From Candidatus Latescibacterota bacterium (GTDB lineage: Bacteria > Latescibacterota > UBA2968 > GCA-2709665), in assembly GCA_965205485.1 (NCBI GenBank), contig OZ242180.1, positions 704,001-768,000 on the forward strand: 64,000 nucleotides of DNA, given 5' to 3'. A program made the translations under genes and the position numbers. This document shows positions 41,271 through 53,866 of this stretch, in pieces. The notes below the pieces were generated by a model. It was not told the origin of the DNA. It ran no database searches and was given only the letters and a program-made list of their open reading frames with translations. The stretch's first letter is position 1, and the number at the start of each line of letters is the position of its first letter.

Positions 41271-41443
41271 ACATCAAATGGGATTGGGTATAACTTATTG
41301 TATTCATTTGTCTTGTATGGATCACGGTCGGTCGGATCGCAACGCCGGCGTTCCATTTCGAAACAAATGCGAATAATGTCCTCTCTGCGAGAAATAGTTC
41401 ATAAGTTCTTTGTTTAAAAGGATTTAAAGATATCCTGCGGCTT

Positions 41444-41459
41444 TGGCACGGCTTCTGCT
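41444..41459 (+). promoter_or_regulatory. sigma-54 (-24/-12) promoter of giant adhesin
   Basis: TGGCACG-gctt-CTGCT (GG-N10-GC). Confidence 0.7.
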
Positions 41460-41530
41460 TGCAATGGCGGAGCGAACATTCCGCGCGCCCTTTACGGGCT
41501 GCAATCATCCATTTCAAGAAGGAGCCGGCA

Positions 41531-44500
41531 ATGCACGTTGGATGCTTAGAGATTCTCTTCAAATTTCACGGTCTGTTACCTTATTTCAATCTCTCCAGAC
41601 GGCGCCCCAGTCTTGCGAGGTCAACAGCGCTGACGGCGAAGACCTTCCTTTTCGGAGCCGCCATCCTGTTGATGCTTCCTACGAACGCGATCGCCAACGA
41701 CCCCACGGTCAGCCTCAGCGGTCCGACGTACACGTTGGGGGGCCATCCATTTGTTGTGGACATCACCTTTTCGGTGTCGGTGACCGGGTTCGAGCAGAGC
41801 GACGTGGCGGTGGGCAACGCTTCGGTTATGGCCTTCTCCGGTTCAGGGAGCAGTTATGAGATCACGCTCCATCCGTCGGCCAGCGGCGAGGTGACCGTGG
41901 ACGTGGCCGCGAACGTGGCTAACGATATCGCCGGCAATGGCAACAGCGCGGCGACACGGTGGACGGGGACCGCGGACCTGGATCCTCCATCAGTCGATAT
42001 CACGGGTCCGTCGGTCGCTCAGACCGGTTCGTTCACCGTGAACATCGCGTTTTCGGAGCCGGTGGGTGTGCACGGGCATCCCTTTGAGCAGGGGGACGTG
42101 ACGGTGGGTAACGGGTCGGTGACGGGATTCTCCGGTTCGGGGGCCAGCTATTCGATCACGATCACGCCGTCGGCCAGCGGGACGGTGACCGTGAACGTGG
42201 CGGCGGGCGGGCGTGGCCAGGGACGCAGGTGGCAATGCCAATACCGCGGCGAGCCAGTTTTCGGTACAGGCCACATTGAATTCTCCGCCGCAGATCTCGC
42301 TGCCGGGCGACCAGACGTACGAGCAGGGCCAGACGATCTCGGGAATCGATTTCAAGGTGACCGATGAAGACGGTGACGAGGTGACCCTCACGGTATCGGG
42401 GCTGCCCTCCGGATTGTCCTACACGAACTCGCTCCTGCAGGGCACGGTCTCCACCAGCGCAACGGCCCAGGACTACACCGTCACCGTCTCCGCCAACGAC
42501 GTCGTGAACCCGGCCGTGACCGGGACCTTCACCATCACCGTGACCGCGCCCGCGCCGCCGGCGAACAGACCCCCGGAGATTTCGGTGCCGGGCGACCAGA
42601 CTTACGAGCAGGGGCAGACGATCACAGGAATCGATTTCAAGGTGACCGATGAAGACGGAGACGAGGTGACCCTCACCGTATCGGGCCAGCCTTCCGGGTT
42701 GTCCTACACCAACTCCCTCCTGCAAGGCACGGTGTCCGCCGACGCGGCGACGCAGGATTACACGGTCACCGTCTCCGCCGATGACGGCGTGAACGCCGCC
42801 GTGACGGGGTCCTTCACCATCACCGTGACCGCGCCCGCGCCGCCGGCGAACCGTCCGCCGCAGATCACGGTGCCGGGCGACCAGACGTACGAGCAGGGGC
42901 AGACGATCACGGGAATCGATTTCAAGGTGACCGATGAAGACGGAGACGAGGTGACCCTCACCGTATCGGGTCAGCCTTCCGGGTTGTCCTACACCAACTC
43001 CCTCCTGCAAGGCACGGTGTCCGCCGACGCGGCGACGCAGGATTACACGGTCACCGTCTCCGCCGATGACGGCGTGAACGCCGCCGTGACGGGGTCCTTC
43101 ACCATCACCGTGACCACACCCGCGCCGCCGGCGAACCGTCCGCCGCAGATCACGGTGCCGGGCGACCAGACGTACGAGCAGGGGCAGACGATCACGGGAA
43201 TCGATTTCAAGGTGACCGACGTCGACGGAGACGAGGTGACCACAACCGTATCGGGCCAGCCTTCCGGGTTGTCCTACACCAACTCCCTCCTGCAAGGCAC
43301 GGTGTCCTCCAGTGCAACCGCCCAGGACTACACGGTCACCGTCTCCGCCGACGACGGCGTGAACCCGGCCGTGACCGGGACCTTCACCATCACCGTTACC
43401 GAGCACGCGACCACGCCCCCGGCGAATAGCCCTCCGCAGATCACGGTGCCTGGCGACCAGACTTACGAGCAGGGGCAGACGATCACAGGAATCGATTTCA
43501 AGGTGACCGATGAAGACGGCGACGAGGTGACCACAACCGTATCGGGCGCGCCTTCCGGGTTGTCCTACACCAACTCCCTCCTGCAGGGTACGGTGTCCTC
43601 CAGTGCAACCGCCCAGGACTACACGGTCACCGTCTCCGCCGACGACGGCGTGAACGCCGCCGTGACGGGGTCCTTCACCATCACCGTGACCACACCCGCG
43701 ACCACGCCCCCGGCGAACAGCCCTCCGGAGATCACGGTGCCGGGCAACAAAACGTTCGAGCAGGGCGAGACGATCACGGCTTTCTGGCCTACGGTAAGCG
43801 ATGCGGACGGCGACGCGGTAAGGCTGACACTGTCGGGTCTGCCGTCAGGGCTGTCCTACAGGAACGGCATGGTGCAGGGCACGGTGTCCGCAACCGCGGC
43901 GACGCAGGATTACACGGTCACCGTCTCCGCCGACGACGGGGTGAACCCTGCGGTCACAGCGACCTTCACAATCACCGTGACCGAGCCGGGGGGCACTCGA
44001 CCTGCGAACAGGCTGCCGGAGATCACGGTTCCTGGCGACCAGACGTACGAGCAGGGACAGACGATCACGGGAATCGATTTCAAGGTGACCGATGAAGACG
44101 GTGACGAGGTGACCCTCACGGTATCGGGCCTGCCCTCCGGGTTGTCCTACACGAACTCGCTCCTGCAAGGCACGGTGTCCGCAACCGCGGCGACGCAGGA
44201 TTACACGGTCACCGTCTCCGCCGATGACGGGGTGAACCCTGCGGTCACGGCGACCTTCACAATCACCGTGACCGAGCCGGGGAGCGCGCGACCTGCCAAC
44301 AGGCTGCCGGACATCACGATGCCGGGCGACCAGACGTACGAGCAGGGACAGACGATCACGGGAATCGATTTCAAGGTGACCGATGAAGACGGAGACGAGG
44401 TAACCCTCACTGTATCGGGCCTGCCCTCCGGGTTGTCCTACACAAACTCGCTCCTGCAAGGCACGGTGTCCGCAACCGCGGCGACGCAGGATTACACGGT

Positions 44501-47500
44501 CACCGTTTCCGCCGACGACGGGGTGAACCCTGCGGTCACAGCGACCTTCACAATCACCGTGACCGAGCCGGGGGGCACTCGACCTGCGAACAGGCTGCCG
44601 GACATCACGATGCCGGGCGACCGGACGTACCAGCAGGGAGAGACCATCACGGCCATCGATTTCAAGGTGACCGATGAAGACGGAGACGAGGTGACCCTCA
44701 CTGTATCGGGCCTGCCCTCCGGGTTGTCCTACACGAACTCGCTCCTGCAAGGCACGGTGTCCGCAACCGCGGCGACGCAGGATTACACGGTCACCGTCTC
44801 CGCCGACGACGGTGTGAACGCGGCCGTCACCGGGACCTTCACGATTACGATAACAGAGGCAGTGACGGTCACCCTTTCAGGGCCGACGAATGTTCAAAAC
44901 GGTGCATTTGACGTAACCGTCACCTTCTCTGAAAACGTCACCGGGTTCCAGCAGGGAGACGTGACGGTCGGCAACGGGACCGTGACGGCCTTCTCCGGTT
45001 CCGGAGACAACTACACCGCCACGATCACGCCTGCAGCCTCTGGAACGGTGACGGTGGACGTGGCGGCAGACGTCGCCATTGGCGCCGCGGGCAAAGGCAA
45101 CGAGGCAGCCGACCGGTTTTCAGTAATGGCGGACCTGGATGCGCCAACGGTCGGCATTACAGGGCCTGCGGATGCGCAGAACGGTCCGTTCGACGCAACG
45201 ATCACCTTCTCGGAGGACGTTACCGGTTTCGAGCAGGGTGACGTGACAGTCGGCAACGGGGCAGTGACGGCTATCTCCGGTTCGGGTGACAGCTACACCG
45301 CCACCGTCACACCGGCCGCCACCGGAACGGTCACGGTGGACGTCGCGGCCCGCGTGGCCAGGGATTCGGCGGGCAACGGAAACACGGCAGCAACCCGATT
45401 GTCGGTTCAGGTGGACGTGGATCGCCCGTCCGTCAGCATCACGGGCCCGGCGACCACGCAGACCGGCGCGTTTGATGTGAGCATCACATTTTCGGAGGAG
45501 GTCACCGGATTTCAGCAGAGCGATATAATAGTCGGCAACGGGACGGTGACGGCTTTCTCCGGTTCGGGTGACAGCTCTACCGCAACGATCACGCCAACGG
45601 CAACCGGACTGGTGACGGTTGACGTGGCGGCGAACGCGGCTGTTGATGCGGCGGGCAACGGCAACACCGCGGCGGGCCGGCTTTCGGTAACGGCGAGCCT
45701 GGACGTTTCGAATCCGGTGCTGGAGATCATAGCGCCCGAAGATAAGACGTATGCTCAGGGCGAGACGATCGCCTCGTTCGGAATCCCGGTGATAAACACG
45801 GGCGTCGGCGTGTCGCCGGGCGGCGCAAAAAGGGCATTTGCCAACGCGGATCCTCTGACGGCGATAGAAGGTGATCTGGCAAAGGTGACGGTGGGGGGTC
45901 TGCCTTCCGGGTTGTCGTTCACGTCCAGGAAAGTCGGGGGCACCGTTTCGGCGGACGCGGAAGTGAAGACCTACACGGTTGATATTAAAGCAGCCAATGT
46001 CAACGGACAGCTTGACGACGCTACGTTCAAAATCACGGTGACAGCGTCGACCGAAATGACGGTGTCCGACGCGACGGCTATCGAGGGCGATGTGCTTTCG
46101 TTCACGGTCAGCCTGGCCGACTCCATACCTGGCGGTTTGACGGTAGCGCCAGTCTTCGGAATCGGCACGGCCAGCGCGGATGTGGACTACACGCCGAACA
46201 CGGCCCCGCTCAGCTTCAAAGGCACTGCGGGCGAAGAACAGACGTTCTCGGTGGCTACAATTGAGGACGAGGTCGTGGAAGCGGCAGAGACATTTTCAGT
46301 AAGCCTGGCCGTCTCGGGCACGACGGCGAAGGTAACGGGTACCGTTACGGCAACGGGGACGATCGTTGACGACGATGCGGGAGGCGGTGCGACCGTGACG
46401 GTGGCCGACGCGTCCGCGGTGGAGGGCGAGGCGCTTTCGTTCACGGTGAGGCTGGCCAGGGCGGTTCAGGGGGGTCTTACGGTGACGCCGGCCTTCCACA
46501 ACGTTACGGCGACGTCAGGTACCGACTACTCAGAGAATACTTCACCGCTCAGTTTCATCGGTGCCGCGGGCGAGGAGCGCACCTTCACGGTATCGACCGT
46601 CGAGGACGAGCTGGAGGAGGAGGACGAGACGTTCACGTTGAGTCTCGTCGTGTCCGATGCTCCCTCCGGTGTCAGAGCCGGCGGCGCCACGGGCACGATC
46701 ATCGACGATGATGGCGCCCGCGTCTACGTATCGATCCATGACCCGGAAAGCCCGGTCGCCGAGGGTACCAGCGTGGAACTGCCGGTCAGAATGACCTCCA
46801 CCGTCGAGGGAAATGTCCAGGTGCCGTGGACCACCGACGGCGACGCGGGTCCGGCATTGGCGTCAAAGATCGCCATCGCGTCGGACGAGTCCGGCAGTGA
46901 CATACGACCGGCGCACGAACACGTACCCAGTTCCGGAACCGCCACCCTTGCGGCCGGCCAGTTGGAGACAACCATCGAGATTACCATACTCGACGACGAA
47001 GAACACGAGGACCTGGAGAGCTTCGGGATAACCCTGGGCGAGCCAACCGTCGCGAGCAGTGTCTCCCGGAGGGTATCGGTGGATCGGCGGACCGCAACGG
47101 TGACCGTCCTGGACAACGATGCGCCGCCGGTATTCGACGAAGGCGATGCGGCCATCCGCTTCGTGGTTGAGAACACCCCGCCGGGCACTGCCATCGGCGG
47201 GCCCTTTCTTGCGACGGACGCGGAAAACGACCCGCTTTCGTTCGCGCTTGGCGGGGCGGACGCAGCCGCCTTCGCCCTGGATCCGGACTCCGGCCAGTTG
47301 AGGACCAGAGAACCGCTGGACTTCGAGACAAGAAACTCGTACGACGGACTCACAGTCACCGTGGACGACGGGCACGGACACACGGACGTTTTATCCCTTA
47401 CGGTCAATGTGACCGACGCGTCGCCGCCCGACGCGCTTGACGCACCGGCGGTCGTCCGCTCATCGAGCGATCCCGAAAGTTCGCTGGACGTCAACTGGAG

Positions 47501-50500
47501 TGCGCCTGCCGACAACGGCTCGCCCATCAGCGACTACGACGTGCGGTACAGAGAAGCGGGCACAGCTACATGGAGAGACCATGCGTTTGACGGCGCGGGC
47601 GTTCGCGCTACCCTCACCGGCCTGAAGGCGGCTTCCACCTACGAGGTGCAGGTGCTGGCGAAGAACGTCGAAGGCGCCGGCGAGTGGTCGGTCAGCGGTC
47701 GCGGCTCCACCCTCGACCCTTCCGCACCCAGGGAGACGGTGACGACTGCAGGCGCAGGCGCTACGGAGGGTGCGACGTTGACGTTTGCGGTGACACTGAA
47801 CCGGACTGTACAGGGCGGTCTGACGGTCACGCCCCGATTCAGCGACGGGACGGCCGCTCGGGGCTCGGAATACGCCGCGAAGTTCACGCGCCGGTTCAGC
47901 GACCGGAGGGCTACCATAGGCACGGACTACAACACGAGCGCAACGGGCATGCGTTTCGAAGGGACGAAGGGTGAGAGGCACACGTTCACGGTGACGACGA
48001 TCCAGGACGAGGTTGTCGAATACAACGAGACGTTCACGGTGCGCCTGGACATCTCCGGCACATCGGCATCCGGTTTGACAGGGGGCTCCGCGACCGGCAC
48101 CATCACAGACGACGACAGCGGCACCGTTACAACCGGGAACAGGAAAGCATCTGAAGGCGATGGGCTAACCTTCAGGGTGACGCTGAACCGGGCGGTTCAG
48201 GGCGGTCTGACCGTCACGCCTGTTTTCAAGGACGGTACCGCGACGGCGGGAATCGACTACACGGCCAGCGCGTCACCGCTCACCTTCGCCGGCGCGGCGG
48301 GGGAAGCGCACACGTTCACCGTGGCGACGACGGAGGACGAGGCCGTTGAAGCAAACGAGACATTCACCGTCAGCCTGAGGGTGTCCAACGCGCCGCCGGG
48401 GGTGACGACGGGCGACCCCGTAACGGCCACGATCATCGACGACGACGGCCGGAACGAACCGCCGGACTTCGACGACGCCGGCCACGCGACCACGCGCGCG
48501 GTGGCTGAGAATACGCCTGCAGGCGGCCCGGTCGGCGCCCCGGTCGAGGCAACGGATCCGAACGGTGACGTGCTGAGCTATTCGCTGTCGGGGTCGGATG
48601 CCTTTGGCATCGATTCGGAAACCGGTCAGATTGCCGTTTCCGAAGGCGTCAATCTTGACTACGAAGCGGGGCCCCTGTCCTACGCGGTTACGGTGACCGT
48701 CAATGACGGAAGAGAAGGCAGCGACGTCATCGAGGTCGCCATCAGCGTCACCGACGCGGCCGAACCCCCGTCCGCCCCGGCGGCGCCGAGGGTTACCGCC
48801 GCCTCGCTGGCAAGCGTCCGGTTGGACTGGCGGGCCCCCGCCAACACCGGCCCGGCGGTGAGCGTCTACGACGTTCAGTACCGGATGCAGGGTGCAGACG
48901 ACTGGACGTCCCATGCATTCACGGGCACGAAAACGACCGCTGAGATTCGGGAGCTGGAATCCGCCGCGACCTACGAGGCGAGGGTGCGGGCAAAGAACGC
49001 GGAAGGTACCGGCGCCTGGTCGGCGCCGGGCTCCGGTCGAACCCGGGTCAACAACGCGCCGGTGGCAGTAGACGACGCCGTTACCGTGTTTCGGGGTCGC
49101 AGGACGACGTCGCTGTGGACCGGCGACCCCCGGAACGGTACACGAAGTCCGTCTGTCCAGCCACCCGAAGATTTCGACGTACCGGAACCGGAGGCGGGCG
49201 CGAAGATTGCGCCGTTGGCGAACAGCGTTTCGGCAACCGATGACGGGCACATCAGCGTATTGGCCAACGACGTCGACGCTGAAGACGACTGGAGTCTGTT
49301 GACGGCGATACTGGTCGACCCCCCGGCATACGGCCACCTGACGCTGAACGGGAACGGGACCTTCATCTACACGCACGACGGAAGCAGGGCGCCCGAAGAC
49401 CGCTTCACCTATCGGGTTGAAGACAGCGGGGGCGTCAGCAGCGATGAGGCCACGGTGACTATTTTAATAACGGGAGTGAACCTGGGGCCCGCGGTGACGG
49501 GAACCATCCCGGACCAGGTGCTGACAATGGGCACGAACGGAAGGGTCGACCTGACGGGGCTGTTCGTCGATCCGGATGGAGACCCGCTCAGTTACGAAGT
49601 CTTGTCGGACAACGGCACCGTGAACGCAAGTCTTGTGGGCAAGGTGATCGCCCTCACGCCTGTGGCAGTCTCGACCGACCGCGTTACGGTTACGGCTCGC
49701 GACCCCTATGGCCTGAGCGCGAAGCTGTCTTTCGCCGTCACGGTGGAGAACATCCAGACCAACCGCGCCCGCGCGCTGGAGCTGTCCCTGGCGGCATTCG
49801 GCCGGACGGTGCTGAGCCAGGCCGTGGATGCGGTCGCAGGCCGCTTCGAAGCCACGTCCAGGGCGCTTCGCGCCACCCTGGACGGAGGCAGGCTTGTCCT
49901 CGGACAGGCATTCAACGCCATGGAGTGGGTACACGTTGCCGCACGTCTGTTTGGCATCCCCCTGGACGCCCCGGCTTCCAGGTCCTCCATCGCAACAGCG
50001 GAGGCGTCCGGTCCGAACGCCGTTCCACCGGCCCTGAGGGCGCCCTCCGGTCGGAGTATACTGACCCGCAGTTCCTTCCAGATGGCATTGGACCGGTCCG
50101 GATCCGTAGAAAACGGATGGACGCTCTGGGGACGGGGCGCCGGCAGCAGGTATTCCGGAGATCCCACTTCGGATAATCGCCTGGACGCCAGGGTTACGGC
50201 AGCGTACATCGGCGCGGACTACCACTGGAATTCGAAGCTCGTGGTGGGTCTGGCCGCCTCGTACAGCAACGGCGTACAGGACCTGGACAATGCAGGAAAC
50301 AGTATGGGCACGTGGAAGACCCGGCTGACCAGCCTGCGTCCCTACGTTCACTGGTCCCCTACCGGGAAGCTGGGCCTGTGGGGTATGCTGGGCTTCGGGA
50401 GGGGCGACGCCATACTGAACAGCGGCTACGGCGGCCCGCTGGCAGGCACGGGCAGCAGTACGATCCAGACGGACATCAACAGCCGCTCCGCGGCGCTCGG

Positions 50501-51314
50501 CGGGCGGATGGACCTGACGCGGGTGGGCGACGTCGACCTGGCATTGACGGCGGACGCCTTCGCCGTGAGCACCGTCTCCGAAGCCGGGGCGGGGCTGAGG
50601 GCCGCCACGGGCGACGCCCAACGCATTCGCATGATGGTCAACGGCGCCACGGGCTGGTCCGTAACGCCTGATTCGCGGATGGACCTGAGCCTGGCGCTCG
50701 GCGCCCGCGTCGACGGCGGCGACGTCGAATCAGGGCTGGGCGCCGAACTGGCCGGCGTGCTCTCGTTTTCGAATTGCCGCATCGGCCTGGACGTGGAGGT
50801 GCGCTCGCACTGGCTCGCGGCGCACCAGGATCGGGACTTCAGGGAAGGGGGCCTTAGCCTGGCGCTGCGCCTGGATCCCGGCTCTGACAAGAAGGGATTG
50901 GCGCTGTCGCTAGCGCCGGAGTGGGGAGAGAATGCCTCCAGAGGAGTCGATTCGATCTGGAAAGGCGGGCGGATGCCGGCTTATCAAATCGGCAGCGACG
51001 GTTTGGACTGGCGCCCCAGTCGGACACGCGTGGCCCTGGGTTACGCACTGGAGACCTGGGAAGGCCGCGGCCGGATGGAGCCCTTCGTGGAGATGGACGT
51101 TGCGGACCGGGGACTACACCGCCTTGGCGGCGGTCTGCGCCTCAATCTACCGGGCGCCTCCGTTGGATCGGCGGGCGCTGGCAACAGCAATCTGAGGATG
51201 GAGTTGCTCGGCGAATATCGACTCACCGGGCTGAACGCCGCGACCGGAGAGTCCGCCACACGCGGCGGGAGTCGAGACTATCGTCTCGGATTGTCCCTCT
51301 TCCGGGATTTCTGA
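41531..51314 (+). pseudogene. Giant (~3259 aa) surface adhesin: bacterial Ig-like domains, 9 tandem putative-Ig repeats, Calx-beta, cadherin, Fn3, C-terminal autotransporter-like beta-barrel; frameshifted at 42202-42213
   Basis: ORF 41531-42367 (AAGGAG RBS, signal peptide, two Ig domains) joins ORF 42213-51314 if one GGCG is removed, giving VNVAAGVARDAGGN like sibling VDVAARVARDSAGN; WTLWGRG..GADY barrel motifs, terminal F. Confidence 0.85.
42279..44860 (+). repeat. Nine intragenic tandem repeats of ~285-291 bp (putative Ig domain)
   Basis: N(R/S)PP.I..PGDQTYEQGQTITGIDFKVTDEDGDEV...GLSYTNSLLQGTVS...FTITVT unit, near-identical at DNA level. Confidence 0.95.
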
Positions 51315-51347
51315 ACCGCCGCGACCGATAGCCGAATGCAGGCGTCG

Positions 51348-53735
51348 CTACTGTGTCCTACCCAGTCGATAGCCGACGCGCGGCTCGTTGAATATCCATT
51401 TGGGGTCCTTTGCGTCATCGCCCAGTTTTCGCCGGACGTTTTTGACCGCAGCGTGGAGCGGCCGCCTGTCGGTGTTGCCTCTCTTGGCCCAGATACGTCT
51501 TAGCATGTCTTCGTAGAAGACGGTCTGGCCCGCGTTGAGGGAAAGTTCCTGGAGTACGAAGTACTCGATTCTCGTCAGATCCACGAGCTGTCCGGCAATC
51601 ATGACTCTGCGGCGGGTGTAGTCGATCTTCAGATCCGCCAGTACGAACGGTTCTTTGGGTATGGCCTTGAATCGTGGGGCCCTGGCGCGCAATACCGCCC
51701 TGATCCTGGCCACCAACTCCGTGGGCGAAAAGGGTTTGGTCAGGTAATCGACAGCACCTTCGTCCAGAGCCCGGGTAACGGCGTCTTCGTGCCCGTATGC
51801 GGAAAGGAAAACAACCGGTATGTCCACGCGCTCGAAGATTTCCTTCATCAATTCGATTCCGTCGCTGCCCGGGAGCACCAGGTCCAGCAGGGCCAGTCCC
51901 GGACCATGTTCTTTCAGAAGGTCCAGAGCCTCATTCGGATTGCCCGTCACGACGGGAACGTAGCCGGCACCAGAAAGGGCATGGCGAACGCTTCGCAGCG
52001 TCTGGGGATCATCGTCCACAACGAGTATCCTGGTCCGGTCCGCACCCACCAATCTCGCGCCCGCGACGGCGTAACGGGAATCCGCACTGACAATCGCACC
52101 GGCTTCTTCGGCAACCGGTATGGTAAACGTAAACCGTGTACCCTTGTCCGGTCCATCGCTATCCGCCCAGATCCGGCCCCCATGCGCCTCAACAATGCCC
52201 TTGCATATCGACAGGCCCCAGCCACCTCCGCCGTCGTTTTCGAGGCTTGCGTCTTGCCTGCTTTGGGAGGACCTGCGGAAGAGTTGCGACATCTGCTCAG
52301 GAGACACTCCCCGCCCCCTGTCGGTTACACTGATCGCAACCTTGTCCCCATCCTGGGCGGCTTCGACACGTATGGGCGATGCTCCCGGCGAATTCTTCGC
52401 TGCGTTCGTAAGCAAGTTGACCAGAACCTGTACGATTCGGCCAGGGTCCGCCATAACGGGCGGAAGGCCGGGAGCCATTTCCATGTGGATATTGTCCCGG
52501 TCCCATCCACTCAGAACGGTATTCCGCGCCTGATCGAGCATCGCCATGACCATGGTAGGCATGGGATTGACAACGAGAGTGCCGGTCTCGATACGCGCCA
52601 CGTCCAGCAGGTCATTGATCAGGCCGGTCATCCGGTCGGCCTGTTCGCTGATTATTCTGAGGAACTGGACCATCTCGGCCTGACGGAACGGGAACGTGTC
52701 GCTCAATGCCGTCGTAGCGGAACCCTTGATTGCCGCCAGCGGCGCCCGCAATTCGTGACTGACCTTGGCAAGAAACTCAGCCCTCATATGTTCGAGTTCA
52801 TCCATAGGCGCGGTGTCCTGCAGGGTCACGACAGAGGACGACACGCGCCCGTCGTCCGAACGAATGGGCGTGGCGTTCAGGAGCGCCTTGACGCTGCGTC
52901 CGTCAGATATCTCAAAAACGACTTCCTCGGCACGTACCGTCTCGCCCTCGCTCAGCGCCTGGGCGATAGACAGTTCTTTCAGGGAAACCTGCCGCCCGTC
53001 GGCCCGGCGGATGGTCACATCTTCCAGGAAGTCTTCCAGCCGCGGTTCGCCAGTCAGCAGGCCCCCCAGGATCCTCACCGTCTCCCGGTTGTACGACACC
53101 GGCTCTCCGCTGACGGCGTCGAAGACAACCACGCCCACCGGGGCTGTGTTGACCACGGCTTCCCGGTCGGCCATTGCCCGCTGCTGGTCCCTGTAGCGCC
53201 GGGCGTTGGCGATTACCAGCGCCGCCTGGGAGGCGAACATGACCAGTGTCTCTTCGTCTTCATCGGTAAACTCCGGACCGCTCACCTTTCCGGCCAGGAA
53301 GAAGTTCCCGACGCTCTCGCCGCGGTGACGGATCGGCGCGGCCAGGAAGGACATGGTCTCGGCCGTCGATCCGGGAGCCCTCACTACCGGGAGTCCGAGC
53401 GCGCCGACGTGGCTGTATAAGTCTCGCAGACGCAGGGGTTCCTCAAATCCGCCGAGGTACTCGTGTAGCGGCGCCGCCTCCGGGAAGTTTCGCATTTGTC
53501 CGACCCAGTGAGGCGGTATGCCGGAGACAATGAATTCCTGTACTTGTCCTTCGTCGTCAGGCAGTGTGACAACGCAGTACCTCGCGTCAGTCACGGACCT
53601 GGCGCTGTCCACGACTCCCTGAAGCACTGTTTCGAAGTCAAGGCTTTCGTTGATGCGCTGGCTGGCCTGGCTCAACCGCGACAGACGCTCCCGAAGCTTT
53701 CCGTTCTCCGCCTGAAGTTTCTCTGTGAGTTCCAT
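51348..53735 (-). CDS. Soluble hybrid sensor kinase / DNA-binding regulator: GAF-PAS-HisKA-HATPase-REC-OmpR winged HTH
   Basis: SHELRAPL, NLLTNAAK, DRGRG, GWGLSICK, ILVVDDD..LLDLVLP..TKPF, C-terminal ..NVRRKLGDDAKDPKWIFNEPRVGYRL (KdpE/OmpR-like); AGGAGG RBS before ATG 53735; no TM. Confidence 0.9.
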   Translation of the reverse strand: MELTEKLQAENGKLRERLSRLSQASQRINESLDFETVLQGVVDSARSVTDARYCVVTLPDDEGQVQEFIVSGIPPHWVGQMRNFPEAAPLHEYLGGFEEPLRLRDLYSHVGALGLPVVRAPGSTAETMSFLAAPIRHRGESVGNFFLAGKVSGPEFTDEDEETLVMFASQAALVIANARRYRDQQRAMADREAVVNTAPVGVVVFDAVSGEPVSYNRETVRILGGLLTGEPRLEDFLEDVTIRRADGRQVSLKELSIAQALSEGETVRAEEVVFEISDGRSVKALLNATPIRSDDGRVSSSVVTLQDTAPMDELEHMRAEFLAKVSHELRAPLAAIKGSATTALSDTFPFRQAEMVQFLRIISEQADRMTGLINDLLDVARIETGTLVVNPMPTMVMAMLDQARNTVLSGWDRDNIHMEMAPGLPPVMADPGRIVQVLVNLLTNAAKNSPGASPIRVEAAQDGDKVAISVTDRGRGVSPEQMSQLFRRSSQSRQDASLENDGGGGWGLSICKGIVEAHGGRIWADSDGPDKGTRFTFTIPVAEEAGAIVSADSRYAVAGARLVGADRTRILVVDDDPQTLRSVRHALSGAGYVPVVTGNPNEALDLLKEHGPGLALLDLVLPGSDGIELMKEIFERVDIPVVFLSAYGHEDAVTRALDEGAVDYLTKPFSPTELVARIRAVLRARAPRFKAIPKEPFVLADLKIDYTRRRVMIAGQLVDLTRIEYFVLQELSLNAGQTVFYEDMLRRIWAKRGNTDRRPLHAAVKNVRRKLGDDAKDPKWIFNEPRVGYRLGRTQ

Positions 53736-53866
53736 GCTTTTTTCCTCCTGCGACTCCCGTCGCCTCCCGATTATCCGGCTGGACGCCGTCTGATTGGACG
53801 GCCGTGAAATCCAATCAACCTCGCACCGCTGGCACCGACACGGCAACCAAGGTACAATTTGCGCCA

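Noticed and set aside
42279..44860. Regular repeats as a CRISPR array
   Set aside because: Units are ~290 bp, in frame and protein-coding, with no unique spacers and no cas genes.
51789..53420. Long antisense ORFs (e.g. 543 aa here, 442 aa over aroA, 444 aa over the PAS kinase)
   Set aside because: Shadow ORFs of high-GC coding strands with no recognisable motifs.
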